From Gammaproteobacteria bacterium (GTDB lineage Bacteria > Pseudomonadota > Gammaproteobacteria > Eutrophobiales > Eutrophobiaceae): a DNA stretch of 64,000 bases. Location: positions 512,001 through 576,000 of the forward strand of contig OZ250183.1 of the NCBI GenBank assembly GCA_965238225.1. The letters run 5' to 3'. Below are positions 51,804 through 62,584 of this stretch, piece by piece; positions within the stretch are counted from its first letter, which is position 1; every line of letters starts with the position of its first letter. Both the position numbers and the translations under genes were made by a program. The notes below the pieces were generated by a model. The model did no database searches and was not told the origin of the DNA. It worked only from the letters and a program-made list of their open reading frames with translations.

Positions 51804-53753
51804 ATGTCTGAAATTAAAACCTATGAAGTTTCTGCAGTGGTCAAAAGACAAGCCCATATCAATAATGAGCAATATCTAAAGATGTATCAACAATCAATTT
51901 CCCACCCTGATGAATTCTGGGCAGAACAAGCAGAGGTCTTTGTTAGTTGGTTTACACGCTGGGATAAGGTGCAGTCCTGTCATTTTGGTGCAGATGTTAG
52001 TGTTAAATGGTTTGAAGGAGCCAAACTGAATGTTTCTTTTAATTGCCTTGATAGACATTTAAAAACACGAGGGGATCAAATTGCAATTATTTGGGAAGGC
52101 GATGACCATCACATCAGCAAAACAATTACCTATAAAGAACTGTATGAAGAAGTTTGTCGTTTTGCCAATGTGTTGAAAGATCGAGGCGTGAAAAAGGGAG
52201 ATTGTATTTCTATCTATATGCCCATGGTTCCTGAAGCGGCGGTTGCTATGCTGGCTTGTACGCGCATTGGCGCCGTGCATTCAGTCGTCTTTGGTGGTTT
52301 TTCTCCAGAAGCACTCAAGGGTAGGATTCTTGATTCTGACTGTCAGGTCGTTATTACGGCCGATGAAGGTGTGCGTGGCGGCAAACCTGTGCCATTAAAA
52401 GAGAACGTCAACAAAGCCCTGCAATCTTGCCCTCGTGTGCATACTGTTGTCGTTACAAAAGTGACGGGTAGCGTGGTTGAATGGAATAATGAGCGGGATA
52501 TTTGGTATGCAGAATCTGTTGCAGATGCATCATCAGATTGCCCGCCCGAAGAGATGGATGCAGAAGATCCCCTGTTTATTCTTTATACCTCTGGCTCAAC
52601 AGGCAAGCCGAAAGGAGTGTTACATACGACAGGTGGTTATTTGTTATATGCCGCCATGACCCATAAATATATTTTTGATTATCATGATGGTGATATTTAT
52701 TGGTGTACTGCTGATGTTGGTTGGGTAACAGGTCATACGTATATTATCTATGGACCTTTGTGTAATGGAGCAACGACCCTTATGTTTGAAGGTATTCCAA
52801 CCTATCCTGATGCGGGACGTTTCTGGCAAGTCGTTGACAAACATCAAGTAAATATTTTTTATACAGCACCAACAGCCATTCGCGCGCTTATGGGGGCGGG
52901 CGATGACTTCGTCACCAAACACTCTCGTAAGAGTTTACGCATATTAGGTTCTGTTGGGGAGCCTATAAACCCGGAAGCATGGGAGTGGTATTACCATGTT
53001 GTAGGCAATGGAGATTGCCCGATAATGGATACTTGGTGGCAAACGGAAACAGGAGGCATCATGATTACACCTTTGTCTGGTGCGACTGTTCTAAAGCCCG
53101 GTTCTGCAACACGGCCTTTTTTTGGTATTGAACCTGCCATTGTCGATGACCAGGGAAAAGAATTAGAAGGTGAGGCTTCTGGTAATTTAGTTATCAAGCG
53201 TTCTTGGCCCGGACAAATGCGTACAATTTTTGGTGATCATGACCGCTTTATCGAAACCTATTTTAAAATGTACTCAGGAAATTACTTTAGTGGAGATGGT
53301 GCAAGACGTGATGAGGATGGTTATTACTGGATCACAGGTCGAATAGACGATGTGATTAATGTATCTGGACACAGGATGGGTACAGCAGAAGTTGAAAGTG
53401 CATTGGTGTTGCATGATGTTGTTTCTGAGGCAGCGGTTGTTGGCTACCCGCATGATATTAAAGGACAGGGTATTTATGCCTATGTGACATTAATGGCAGG
53501 AACTCCTGCCAGCGACGAATTGCGTGAAGAATTGATTCAACATGTACGCAAGGAGATAGGCGCGATTGCAGCACCGGATTTATTGCAGTGGGCACCTGGA
53601 CTACCAAAAACACGTTCAGGAAAAATCATGCGAAGAATCTTGCGCAAGCTTGCAGAAAATGAATTGCAGGCACTGGGTGACACCAGCACCTTGGCTGACC
53701 CTTCTGTGCTCGATCATCTCATCGAAAATCGGCTAAATAAGTCAGCCGAATAA
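51804..53753 (+). CDS. acs: Acetyl-CoA synthetase
   Basis: [33 protein letters not shown]. Confidence 0.97.
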   Translation: MSEIKTYEVSAVVKRQAHINNEQYLKMYQQSISHPDEFWAEQAEVFVSWFTRWDKVQSCHFGADVSVKWFEGAKLNVSFNCLDRHLKTRGDQIAIIWEGDDHHISKTITYKELYEEVCRFANVLKDRGVKKGDCISIYMPMVPEAAVAMLACTRIGAVHSVVFGGFSPEALKGRILDSDCQVVITADEGVRGGKPVPLKENVNKALQSCPRVHTVVVTKVTGSVVEWNNERDIWYAESVADASSDCPPEEMDAEDPLFILYTSGSTGKPKGVLHTTGGYLLYAAMTHKYIFDYHDGDIYWCTADVGWVTGHTYIIYGPLCNGATTLMFEGIPTYPDAGRFWQVVDKHQVNIFYTAPTAIRALMGAGDDFVTKHSRKSLRILGSVGEPINPEAWEWYYHVVGNGDCPIMDTWWQTETGGIMITPLSGATVLKPGSATRPFFGIEPAIVDDQGKELEGEASGNLVIKRSWPGQMRTIFGDHDRFIETYFKMYSGNYFSGDGARRDEDGYYWITGRIDDVINVSGHRMGTAEVESALVLHDVVSEAAVVGYPHDIKGQGIYAYVTLMAGTPASDELREELIQHVRKEIGAIAAPDLLQWAPGLPKTRSGKIMRRILRKLAENELQALGDTSTLADPSVLDHLIENRLNKSAE

Positions 53754-54481
53754 GTAATCGCTATAATTATTTTGACCATGGATGACTTGGGTGCAAAGCA
53801 TAGGAAGTGTGAGAAGACTTTTTAGCGAGCATTCTGAATAAATCTAAAATCAACCAAAATAGACAAAAAATTAAGACTATAATTATAGAGAATTTTCTAT
53901 AAAACGGATAAATAGGCCAGCCTAAAGAAATAAAAACTTTATGGTTTTATGTTGAAAATATTTATATATCAAAATCTGCACGTGTATTTAAATTGATAAT
54001 TATCAATATCTATTTCTCTATCGCTTTGCTTAGCGATTATCGAATCGCTTTATGACACCATTATTACGACAGAAAAGAAGCTCTAAGAGAAAGATAATAA
54101 GAGAACAATACTGGAGAGACTGATAACTTGAAAAAAGATAGTACAAGGACTTTTTTAGCCTTCTTACTGACACCGCTATAACAGGCTGTTTGTGTATGCC
54201 GATTCATTTAGCCTTCTTAAGAACGAGAAACTTGCACTACGAAGCAGTGTCCGCAGAAGCGTTTGGAATAGTATTCCTCGGATCGCCCAGATTAGCGTCC
54301 GTAGTAGCGCTCTTCGCAGGCTCTATTGTATGTGTTGCTATATATATATTTGAAATTACCTTGTTTTGCCTATGTATGTATATTTGTCGCGCAAAAAATG
54401 TGCGAACATTGTTAACGTTACGCTTAGCGCAATATGCGTCAGTCTGATTGCATGTGCAATTAGTATATATTATACCCGGCG

Positions 54482-55144
54482 ATGGCACATGTTTATTCGG
54501 CGGCGGCAAATATTTATTCTCTCTTATTTTCTACCATAATTGGTGCGCTTTCAGGTCTTGTATTTTTCTTTATTTGCGGGGAAGGTCAAGCCAACAAAAA
54601 CAAAAAAAATATTCATAAATCTCTTTTGTTCATTACGTTGATGTTAATTGCGTCGATTATCTTTGAGTATAATTATTTTAACATAGAGAGGCAGGGCGTA
54701 CTTCATCAGCGTCTTGAAGCTATGAATGTAAATAAGTATCAATACCTGAAGGAAATTTATGATGAATCTTGGGACGAGGTGTGTGTTTTGAGCCCGTACA
54801 CGCGCAATGTTTCAAGCGATTCAGACAACCGTGAATTTTATCATAAAAAAATTCGTCAGCATCATCTCGATACTAGTAGAGACAATTTGTGGTATTTATT
54901 ATTCAAAAGAGATGAAGAATTTTTTTCTGTAAGTTTTGAGGGACGTCTTTCGTTCAAACAACACGGATTTGATGAGAGTATTCAAGAAAGCTTTAAAGCA
55001 TCAGGTTTTAAACCAAAAGACTGTGTCGATTTTGAAAACGCAGTATTTTTTAGATTTATAGAAAGCTATAACAGCATACATAACAACCTTAAACTTAACT
55101 TTGAAAATATAAGCCTGGGAGAATATAATAATGGCAAGAAATGA
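54482..55144 (+). CDS. Hypothetical membrane protein, possibly the 3' part of a decayed longer gene starting near 54128
   Basis: 220-aa ORF with two hydrophobic helices; hydrophobic broken frames lie upstream. Confidence 0.5.
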   Translation: MAHVYSAAANIYSLLFSTIIGALSGLVFFFICGEGQANKNKKNIHKSLLFITLMLIASIIFEYNYFNIERQGVLHQRLEAMNVNKYQYLKEIYDESWDEVCVLSPYTRNVSSDSDNREFYHKKIRQHHLDTSRDNLWYLLFKRDEEFFSVSFEGRLSFKQHGFDESIQESFKASGFKPKDCVDFENAVFFRFIESYNSIHNNLKLNFENISLGEYNNGKK

Positions 55145-55297
55145 CTGTGGTAATACAACAAACGTGGACACCTATAATCAAAGTGATGAGTTTTGTTAGT
55201 ACAACATTTTACATGGTAGCATAGGAACATTCAGATTTTGATTGTAGTATGGATGCAAACTCTTGAGGACAAACAAACTTTTTTAAAGTATTAGATT

Positions 55298-56419
55298 ATG
55301 AACGATAAAATAAAATTCCCTTTTTGGGATGTGGCACGGATGAATCACGACTGGATAGATAGCCAAGCAGATTGGTTTCAAAATCAAAACCAATATATGG
55401 ATGCATGGTCTTCTTTCCAGCAACATCTACCGAATTCATCTTCTGGGATTCTGCCAATGCTTGAAGCGATGAATAGCTGGTGGAGGCAAGCTTCACCTGC
55501 CCTATCAGGGCAGAACCATGATTTTTATAGTAAGATTATAAAGCAGGGACAGGCTTTTTATTTTATGGGAGAACAATTCAATAAAATTCTTGAAGGAATA
55601 AATGATGTCAGCAAGAAATCTGAAGACTGGCAGAAAGTATTGAATGATAACTTCGATCTAATGAAGTCTGCTTTAGAAGATGCCAACACAAGTATGCAAG
55701 GTGTTTTTACAAACCCATCTTTCATGTCAGGTGAGTCATGTGATGAACAATTTAAAATAGCTGACACGGCAGCCTTTTTTGAAAAATTATTATCAATTCC
55801 GGGGTTTGGGCCAGAACGTAAAACGCTAGCTCAGACGCAAAAAGGTATCAAGCTGCTCAACGAATATCATAAGGTTGCTAGTGAACATCAGGCACAGATA
55901 AACAAGGCTGGTGTTGAGGCTTTAGAAACCATGCGTCTTAGAATCCTGAAAATGGCAGAACAAGACAAGAAGATTAATAGTTTGCGTGAGATTTATGATA
56001 TGTGGGTAGATTGCAATGAGACAGCCTACGCCAAACTTGTCCACACAGATAAATACTCTAAGCTTTATGGTTGCCTGACGAACTCTTTGCTTGCTGTTAA
56101 ACAACATCAAGGTAAGGTGATGGGTGAATTTCTGGAAAAATTAGATATACCTACACGCCAAGGGATAGATGCTGCTTTAAAGCGTATTCAAGAAATGAAG
56201 CGAACCCAGTTGGAATATGCTGCGAGAATTACAGCATTGGAAGATGAGATTAAAGATTTGCGTCAACTAACAAAAGGCAAGAGAAAATCCTCTGTATCAG
56301 TTACGCCTCGTTCGGCGAAGGTTGCCAGAAAAAAACCTAAAAATAAAGTAAGGAAAAAAATTTCTAAAAAAACGACTAAAAAGTCTTCCGCCAAAAAAGC
56401 AATTGTTATCGATATTTAA
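55298..56419 (+). CDS. phaE: Class III PHA synthase subunit PhaE with a Lys-rich tail
   Basis: PGFGPER, SLREIYDMWVDCNETAY, LDIPTR; directly upstream of phaC. Confidence 0.88.
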   Translation: MNDKIKFPFWDVARMNHDWIDSQADWFQNQNQYMDAWSSFQQHLPNSSSGILPMLEAMNSWWRQASPALSGQNHDFYSKIIKQGQAFYFMGEQFNKILEGINDVSKKSEDWQKVLNDNFDLMKSALEDANTSMQGVFTNPSFMSGESCDEQFKIADTAAFFEKLLSIPGFGPERKTLAQTQKGIKLLNEYHKVASEHQAQINKAGVEALETMRLRILKMAEQDKKINSLREIYDMWVDCNETAYAKLVHTDKYSKLYGCLTNSLLAVKQHQGKVMGEFLEKLDIPTRQGIDAALKRIQEMKRTQLEYAARITALEDEIKDLRQLTKGKRKSSVSVTPRSAKVARKKPKNKVRKKISKKTTKKSSAKKAIVIDI

Positions 56420-56453
56420 TTGTTATCGATATTTATATATAGGAGCATAACAC

Positions 56454-57518
56454 GTGATTCCTTTCCAAATGAGACCTGATGAAATTATTGAGGAGATATC
56501 AAATTTTAACAGAAAGCTTGCGCAAGGTTTTAATAGCCTAACTGAGATTGGCGAGTTTTGCGACGGTGTTTCGCCAAAGGATGCCGTCTACCAAGAAGAC
56601 AAGATGGTACTTTATCACTACAAACCTCGCGTTAAAAAACAAAACCCCATTCCGTTACTTATCGTCTATGCGCTGGTGAATCGCCCATATATGGCTGATC
56701 TACAGGAAGGTAGATCAATGATTCAAGGCCTGCTCAATACAGGCGTAGATGTCTATCTAGTTGACTGGGGTTATCCAGATGCCGCTGATGGCTACTTAAC
56801 GTTAGAAGACTACATTAATGGTTATATTGATAACTGTGTTGATGTAATACGCGAGCAACATGGTATCGACAAAATCAATATCTTGGGCATTTGTCAGGGC
56901 GGGACTTTTAGTCTTTGTTACACCGCACTGCACCAAGAAAAGATTAAAAATATTATCACTACCGTCACACCGGTAGATTTTCATACCAAGAATGATTTAC
57001 TAAGCAAGATGGTGCGCCATGTTGACGTAGATTTACTTGTCGATACAGAAGGCAATATTCTAGGAGATAGCATAAATTCTATTTATCTGTCTATGAAACC
57101 TTTTAAGTTGATGGGGCAGAAATATATTGAGCTGGTTGATATTTTGGACGATACAGAAAAATTACGTAATTTCATGCGTATGGAAAAATGGATTTTTGAT
57201 AGCCCTGATCAAGGCGGTGAGATCATTAGACAATTTACTAAGAAGTTCTATCAAGAAAATGCTCTAGTGAAAGGTGCTGTCAAAATAGGTGATGATACGG
57301 TCTGTCTGGAGAATATTACAGTGCCCGTATTAAATATTTATGCGGCAGAAGATCACTTGGTACCACCTGATTCATCTAAGGCATTAGGCGGCTGTGTTTC
57401 AAGTAAGGATTATACAGAACTTGAATTTCCTGGCGGGCATATTGGCATTTACGTAAGCAACAAGGCGCAGGCTATGATTCCTCCTGCGGTGGGCGAATGG
57501 CTAGACAAAAGGACTTAA
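56454..57518 (+). CDS. phaC: Class III PHA synthase subunit PhaC
   Basis: YALVNRPYMADLQ, GICQGG lipase box, RMEKWIFDSPDQ, DHLVPP, GGHIG. Confidence 0.96.
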   Translation: MIPFQMRPDEIIEEISNFNRKLAQGFNSLTEIGEFCDGVSPKDAVYQEDKMVLYHYKPRVKKQNPIPLLIVYALVNRPYMADLQEGRSMIQGLLNTGVDVYLVDWGYPDAADGYLTLEDYINGYIDNCVDVIREQHGIDKINILGICQGGTFSLCYTALHQEKIKNIITTVTPVDFHTKNDLLSKMVRHVDVDLLVDTEGNILGDSINSIYLSMKPFKLMGQKYIELVDILDDTEKLRNFMRMEKWIFDSPDQGGEIIRQFTKKFYQENALVKGAVKIGDDTVCLENITVPVLNIYAAEDHLVPPDSSKALGGCVSSKDYTELEFPGGHIGIYVSNKAQAMIPPAVGEWLDKRT

Positions 57519-57702
57519 GTGCAGCACATCTATCTGATTTTAAATTTTATTTAAAATGCATAAAAAATAGAGACATTTAGAATTCTGCGCCAGTATAAAG
57601 TTAACATAATAAAGACAATGCAAGCGAAATCAAAATAAACTCGAGAAAAATAGAATATTTATAACGCTGTTTTTGGCAAATAAAATTCTTGATAAAGAAA
57701 AA

Positions 57703-58116
57703 CTACTTATTTCTACTTTTAGTCTTCTTTCTTGATTTTTTCTTCGCGGTCTTTTTGATTGTTGTAGATGTAGACCTTTTTTCGAAGCCCATAAATTTGT
57801 CAGTCCAGTGAGTAACTTCACTACTACAATTTTTAAGAATTTCTCCAGTAGACTGCACAATTGACATCAATCTATTGTTATATTCAGAAGCCAATTCAGC
57901 TTGTGCTGTTAATAATGATTGTGGATTCTGCATATTCTTACTTGTCGTTGCCATTTCAATTTCTTTTTTACTTGCCTCCATGCAGGTATCTAATATAGCC
58001 AGTTGCTGCTCGGTTAGTTTCTCAATAATTTTCGTGTTGATATTGCCCAGTTCTTTCATTGACTTAATAGCGGTTTTTGAAATCTCACCCCATTTTTTTG
58101 TTGCGTCATTTGTCAT
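57703..58116 (-). CDS. Phasin family protein with a Lys-rich tail
   Basis: Amphipathic helical phasin pattern (EKLTEQQL...LLTAQAEL) inside the pha cluster. Confidence 0.75.
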   Translation of the reverse strand: MTNDATKKWGEISKTAIKSMKELGNINTKIIEKLTEQQLAILDTCMEASKKEIEMATTSKNMQNPQSLLTAQAELASEYNNRLMSIVQSTGEILKNCSSEVTHWTDKFMGFEKRSTSTTIKKTAKKKSRKKTKSRNK

Positions 58117-58144
58117 ATTTATTCATTCCATTTTAAATGATATT

Positions 58145-58184
58145 AAAAAACAAAGCCTGCGTCATGACAACACAGGCTTTTGTC
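58145..58184 (-). terminator. Intrinsic terminator between the phasin genes
   Basis: aaagcctg...caggcttt stem followed by a T tract on the minus strand. Confidence 0.7.
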
Positions 58185-58206
58185 AGATTTGACGTTATTG
58201 CCTAAT

Positions 58207-58578
58207 TTAAGCAGCTTTCACTGTTGGGTTGTTACGAGCAGCTTCCTTCGCTACTGTTTCAAGCCACTCGGACACGCCTTCTTTGGACTCATTGAGAATA
58301 TCCAGTGTGTCGCGGGCAATATCCTGTGATGTGCTACTAATAACATCGGCGATATCAGCTTGACCTGTAACCACTGCTTGATAACTCTTTGCAGTGCCAG
58401 CCAGCTTTAGTTGGCTGGTGATAGACTTCATACCCAATGTTGCCATGGCTACCTGTTGGTCAAAAATCTGTTCGACGGTGTTTGCGCCTATGGTGTAGAA
58501 GTCCTTAGTCATGTTGTAGGTAGATTGCGCCATCTTGTTCACGTTTTCATTTATTTCTTCAAGGTTAATGTTTGTCAT
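58207..58578 (-). CDS. Phasin family protein
   Basis: ATG at 58578 after a GGAGG RBS; EQIFDQQV...QLKLAGTAKSYQAVVTGQ phasin pattern. Confidence 0.78.
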   Translation of the reverse strand: MTNINLEEINENVNKMAQSTYNMTKDFYTIGANTVEQIFDQQVAMATLGMKSITSQLKLAGTAKSYQAVVTGQADIADVISSTSQDIARDTLDILNESKEGVSEWLETVAKEAARNNPTVKAA

Positions 58579-58613
58579 GTTGTAAATCCTCCAAATATTG
58601 AGTAAAAATATAA

Positions 58614-58650
58614 TTTGTGCACTGCAATATATTGCTATGCAGCATAAATG
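58614..58650. promoter_or_regulatory. Putative PhaR operator upstream of the phasin gene
   Basis: tttgtgcactgca-atatattgctatgcagca TGC/GCA-rich box; the same 13-mer occurs inverted at 62421-62433. Confidence 0.6.
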
Positions 58651-58821
58651 AAAACAAGCAGTCTTGTCAAGCAAATTTTAGGAGAAATATTAATTAATAT
58701 AAGTGATTACTTACTTTTATTAATATATATATTTTTTGTAGAATAAAGCTTAAATAGATGGGTGATAATGTACAAAACTTACACCAAAAAAACAGGCAAG
58801 AGTTTGCTGCATCTTATGAAA

Positions 58822-59781
58822 CTAGCCCATGAACAAGCCACCATTGATAGACAGATCTGAGCCTGTGATATAAGCAGAGTCAGCGTGTGCCAAGAAGGCA
58901 ACGGCATTACCAATTTCAGAAGGTTGAGCCAGTCGACCAAGTGGAATTTTTGCAACAATGTTGTCTACAACATCCTTTGGCATAGCTTGTACCATGCTGG
59001 TATTAACATAACCAGGCGAAACGGTATTTACTGTAATACCGTCATCGGCAAGCTCTCTGGCCAAGGATTTTGTGAACCCAAGCATACCCGCTTTGGCAGC
59101 AGAATAATTAGTTTGACCAAATTGACCTTTAAGACCATTCACTGAAGATATATTGATGATTCTTCCATATTTACGCTTAACCATGCCTTCCACAAAACTG
59201 CGGGTCACATTAAAAACACTGTCGAGGTTAGTGTCTAAAACAGCACGCCAGTTCTCTTTTTCCATATTTTTTAGTGTTGCATCACGCGTAATACCAGCAC
59301 AATTGACCAGAATATCGATTCTGTCGTAATCATTTTCCAGTTCTTTTGCCATTTTTTTGCAGGCTTTGAAGTTTGCAGCATCACACTCGATGACATGAAT
59401 ATCTAAGCCTTCCTCAAGTCGTTCTTGCTGCCATTTGATGGCACGTTCTGCCTCAAAAGAAATGTAGGTTGCAATTATCTTATTTCCATGTCTGGCAAGA
59501 CTTTTGCAAATGTCAGTTCCAATCCCACCAATCCCACCTGTGACAACAGCGACGTGACCTGTATTAGGTTGTGATGTTATTGCTGTGTTCTTCTTTTTAA
59601 TAGTGTGTGGGAAAAATAAATTGAATATTGCTGTATGTTGTTTGGCAATTTTCGTGGCTGCACTGTTTGTTATTTCTGTAAATTTAAAAAAATAATTCAT
59701 GGTGGCACTCATGGGGTCATGCCAATTTTCGATCATCTCAGTGTAGATTTTCTGTGGCTGTTTAGTAAATTCTATAGACAT
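58822..59781 (-). CDS. phaB: Acetoacetyl-CoA reductase with an N-terminal extension of about 70 aa
   Basis: VTGGIGGIG, NCAGITRD, ISSVNGLKGQFGQTNYSAAK. Confidence 0.88.
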   Translation of the reverse strand: MSIEFTKQPQKIYTEMIENWHDPMSATMNYFFKFTEITNSAATKIAKQHTAIFNLFFPHTIKKKNTAITSQPNTGHVAVVTGGIGGIGTDICKSLARHGNKIIATYISFEAERAIKWQQERLEEGLDIHVIECDAANFKACKKMAKELENDYDRIDILVNCAGITRDATLKNMEKENWRAVLDTNLDSVFNVTRSFVEGMVKRKYGRIINISSVNGLKGQFGQTNYSAAKAGMLGFTKSLARELADDGITVNTVSPGYVNTSMVQAMPKDVVDNIVAKIPLGRLAQPSEIGNAVAFLAHADSAYITGSDLSINGGLFMG

Positions 59782-59836
59782 GCTTTAAGTAGTTTTTTTT
59801 ATTTTATAAATCGAAACTCACACTCATGTAACCAGT

Positions 59837-60292
59837 CTAGCGTTTTTCTTTATCAGAGTTCAAGTTCGCAGCCTTAAAAAAAACCTCTTGCATATCCTGC
59901 CACATGTTGAGGTTTTTTTCTGTTATCTCATCCATAGCGGTGAGCGGGTTAGCTGTCACAGCATCTTGCATCTGTTTTTGTTGGTTTACAAATAATTCTA
60001 GGCTTTTTGTGATGAAATCACCAGCAAGACTTTGCATGGAGTTGTCATAAAAACGAATGATTTGTGATAACGCCGATGCAGAGAAAAATGGTTCGCCATT
60101 ATGTTCTTGTTCTGAAATTATTTGTAGCAAGATGCCTCTGGTTAGATCTTCATCAGTTTTGATATCTTTGACAATGAAATTAATATTCTTAATAACCAAC
60201 TGTCTGATATTATCAAGCGTGATGTATTTGCTAATTTCCGTATCGTATAAACGACGGTTAGGATATTTCTTAATGATTCGTGTTTTACTCAT
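59837..60292 (-). CDS. phaR: PHA synthesis repressor
   Basis: IIKKYPNRRLYDTEISKYITL, EDLTRGILLQII. Confidence 0.95.
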   Translation of the reverse strand: MSKTRIIKKYPNRRLYDTEISKYITLDNIRQLVIKNINFIVKDIKTDEDLTRGILLQIISEQEHNGEPFFSASALSQIIRFYDNSMQSLAGDFITKSLELFVNQQKQMQDAVTANPLTAMDEITEKNLNMWQDMQEVFFKAANLNSDKEKR

Positions 60293-60380
60293 AACTCTAT
60301 TGATCAGCTGTTTATTATTAAAGTATCGATTGGAATATTCTCTGTACTGTCAAAACATTCAAGGCTTAAGCTAGCATTTT

Positions 60381-61127
60381 TTACATCATATGTTGACCAC
60401 CATTCATTGAAAAGTCAGCGCCAGTTGCAAACCCAGCCTCTTTTGAGGCAAGGAAGTTAACCAAAGCTGCGATTTCTTCCGGGGCGCCAAGACGGTTCAC
60501 TGGAATCCCCGAGATGATAGAGTTACGAATGTCTTCAGGGACAGCCATTACCATTTCTGTTGCTATATACCCGGGAGAAACTGTATTCACAGTCACGCCA
60601 CTACGAGCCACTTCCTGTGCTAAGGCCATGGTAAAACCATGCATGCCAGCCTTTGAGGCGGCATAATTTGTCTGACCTAATTGGCCTTTTTGTCCGTTGA
60701 TTGATGAGATGTTGATAATACGCCCCCAACCACGATCAACCATGCCCTTAATAAGGGGTTTGGTGATATTGAACAGACCATCAAGATTGATACTCATAAC
60801 GGCATCCCATTTTTCCTTGCTCATCTTTTTGAACATACTATCTTTGGTAATACCAGCATTGTTGACAAGGATATCAATTGGATCGAGATCTTTTTCTATC
60901 TGTTCTATCAGTGATTGACAGGCATCGAAATCAGAAATATCAGTACGGTAGATAGCAATATCATGACCAGCTTTCTTTACCTCTGTTTGCCAGATTTTGG
61001 CTTTTTCTTCATTGCGGTAGTTGGTTGCCACCTTGGCACCAGATTCGGCAAATTTACAGCAAATAGCTGCACCAATACCGCCTGTTCCACCTGTAACGAG
61101 TGCTACTCTTCCTTTTAGATTTGACAT
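60381..61127 (-). CDS. phaB: Acetoacetyl-CoA reductase
   Basis: VTGGTGGIG, NNAGITKD, GQTNYAASK; start at ATG 61127 after a GAGG RBS. Confidence 0.93.
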   Translation of the reverse strand: MSNLKGRVALVTGGTGGIGAAICCKFAESGAKVATNYRNEEKAKIWQTEVKKAGHDIAIYRTDISDFDACQSLIEQIEKDLDPIDILVNNAGITKDSMFKKMSKEKWDAVMSINLDGLFNITKPLIKGMVDRGWGRIINISSINGQKGQLGQTNYAASKAGMHGFTMALAQEVARSGVTVNTVSPGYIATEMVMAVPEDIRNSIISGIPVNRLGAPEEIAALVNFLASKEAGFATGADFSMNGGQHMM

Positions 61128-61132
61128 TATTC

Positions 61133-62314
61133 TTACCTCTCGACCGCTAATGCAACGCCCTGACCACCGCCAATACACAGTGTGGCCAAACCTTTTTTGG
61201 CATCACTACGTTTCATTTCGTGTAGCAAGGTGACCAGTACACGGCAACCAGATGCACCAATAGGATGTCCCAAGGCGATGGCACCGCCGTTGACATTTAC
61301 TTTCGTTGTATCCCAACCAATATCGTTGTTGACTGATATTGCCTGTGCAGCAAAAGCCTCGTTGGCTTCAATCAGATCTAGGTCTTCGTGTTTCCAGCCC
61401 GCTTTTTCTAGGCATTTCTGAGAAGCGGGCACTGGGCCTGTACCCATAATGGCAGGGTTTACTCCTGCGCTTGAGTAAGCGACGATGGTAGCCAGTGGTT
61501 TTATGTCTAATTCTTTAGCTTTGTTATGAGACATGACAACTACAGCAGCAGCACCATCATTTAAACCTGAAGCATTGGCGGCAGTCACTGTGCCTTCTTT
61601 ATCAAAAGCAGGACGCATCTTTTTAAGTTTCTCTGCTGTGACACCTGCGCGTGGGAATTCATCTTTATCAAAGACGGTAGGTTCACCTTTGCGCTGAGGA
61701 ATCTCAACAGGGATAATTTCGTCATCAAACTTGTTTGCAGCTGTTGCTGCTTCTGCTTTATTCTGACTGGCAGCAGAAAATTCATCCTGAGCATCGCGTG
61801 AGATATCAAATTCTTTAGCAATATTTTCCGCAGTGATGCCCATATGATAATCATTGAAAGCACACCAGAGACCATCAACAATCATAGAGTCTTTTAATTC
61901 CCAGTCTCCTATCTTCTGACCATCTCGTGATTTAGGCAGAACATGGGGGGATAGACTCATGTTTTCTTGACCACCAGCAACGATGATGTCGGCATCGCCA
62001 CACATAATTGCCTGTGCAGCTAAATGAACAGTTTTAAGACCACTGCCGCAGACCTTGTTGATAGTCATGCTTGGAGTGGTCTCTGGAATATTCGCTGCGA
62101 TAGCAGCTTGTCTTGCCGGATTTTGTCCTGCGCCTGCTGTCAATACTTGACCAAAGATAACTTCATCTATCTGTTCAGGTTTGAGGCCAGCTCGCCCCAG
62201 CACACCGGAAATAACGGTTGCTCCCAATGAGTAGGCTGGTACGCTCGCCAGTGACCCGCCAAACGTGCCAATTGCAGTTCGGCCAGCAGCAACGATAACA
62301 ACTTTATCTGGCAT
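61133..62314 (-). CDS. phaA: Acetyl-CoA C-acetyltransferase (beta-ketothiolase)
   Basis: [30 protein letters not shown]. Confidence 0.95.
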   Translation of the reverse strand: MPDKVVIVAAGRTAIGTFGGSLASVPAYSLGATVISGVLGRAGLKPEQIDEVIFGQVLTAGAGQNPARQAAIAANIPETTPSMTINKVCGSGLKTVHLAAQAIMCGDADIIVAGGQENMSLSPHVLPKSRDGQKIGDWELKDSMIVDGLWCAFNDYHMGITAENIAKEFDISRDAQDEFSAASQNKAEAATAANKFDDEIIPVEIPQRKGEPTVFDKDEFPRAGVTAEKLKKMRPAFDKEGTVTAANASGLNDGAAAVVVMSHNKAKELDIKPLATIVAYSSAGVNPAIMGTGPVPASQKCLEKAGWKHEDLDLIEANEAFAAQAISVNNDIGWDTTKVNVNGGAIALGHPIGASGCRVLVTLLHEMKRSDAKKGLATLCIGGGQGVALAVER

Positions 62315-62420
62315 ATGGGTATTTTCTCCAAAAAAATAATGCAGTGCTTTATGCCCATAAATCCATGAGTTGTATTACGTTAAATCTCGCATTACTCTAA
62401 GCGTATACTTCAATTTACGC

Positions 62421-62433
62421 TGCAGTGCACAAA
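62421..62433. promoter_or_regulatory. Putative PhaR operator upstream of phaA
   Basis: tgcagtgcacaaa is the exact reverse complement of 58614-58626. Confidence 0.55.
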
Positions 62434-62584
62434 AACTTCAGCGAATCCTAACAGAATCTTTGTGCTGATTCCAGCGCTAGTTTGATGAAAAAATAGGAAA
62501 TCAGATAAACATGAGGCCAGATAAACATGAGGCCAAATGTAAGCGGGGCAATGGGATCGAGTCAATGTATGTTGGATGTGCTCA

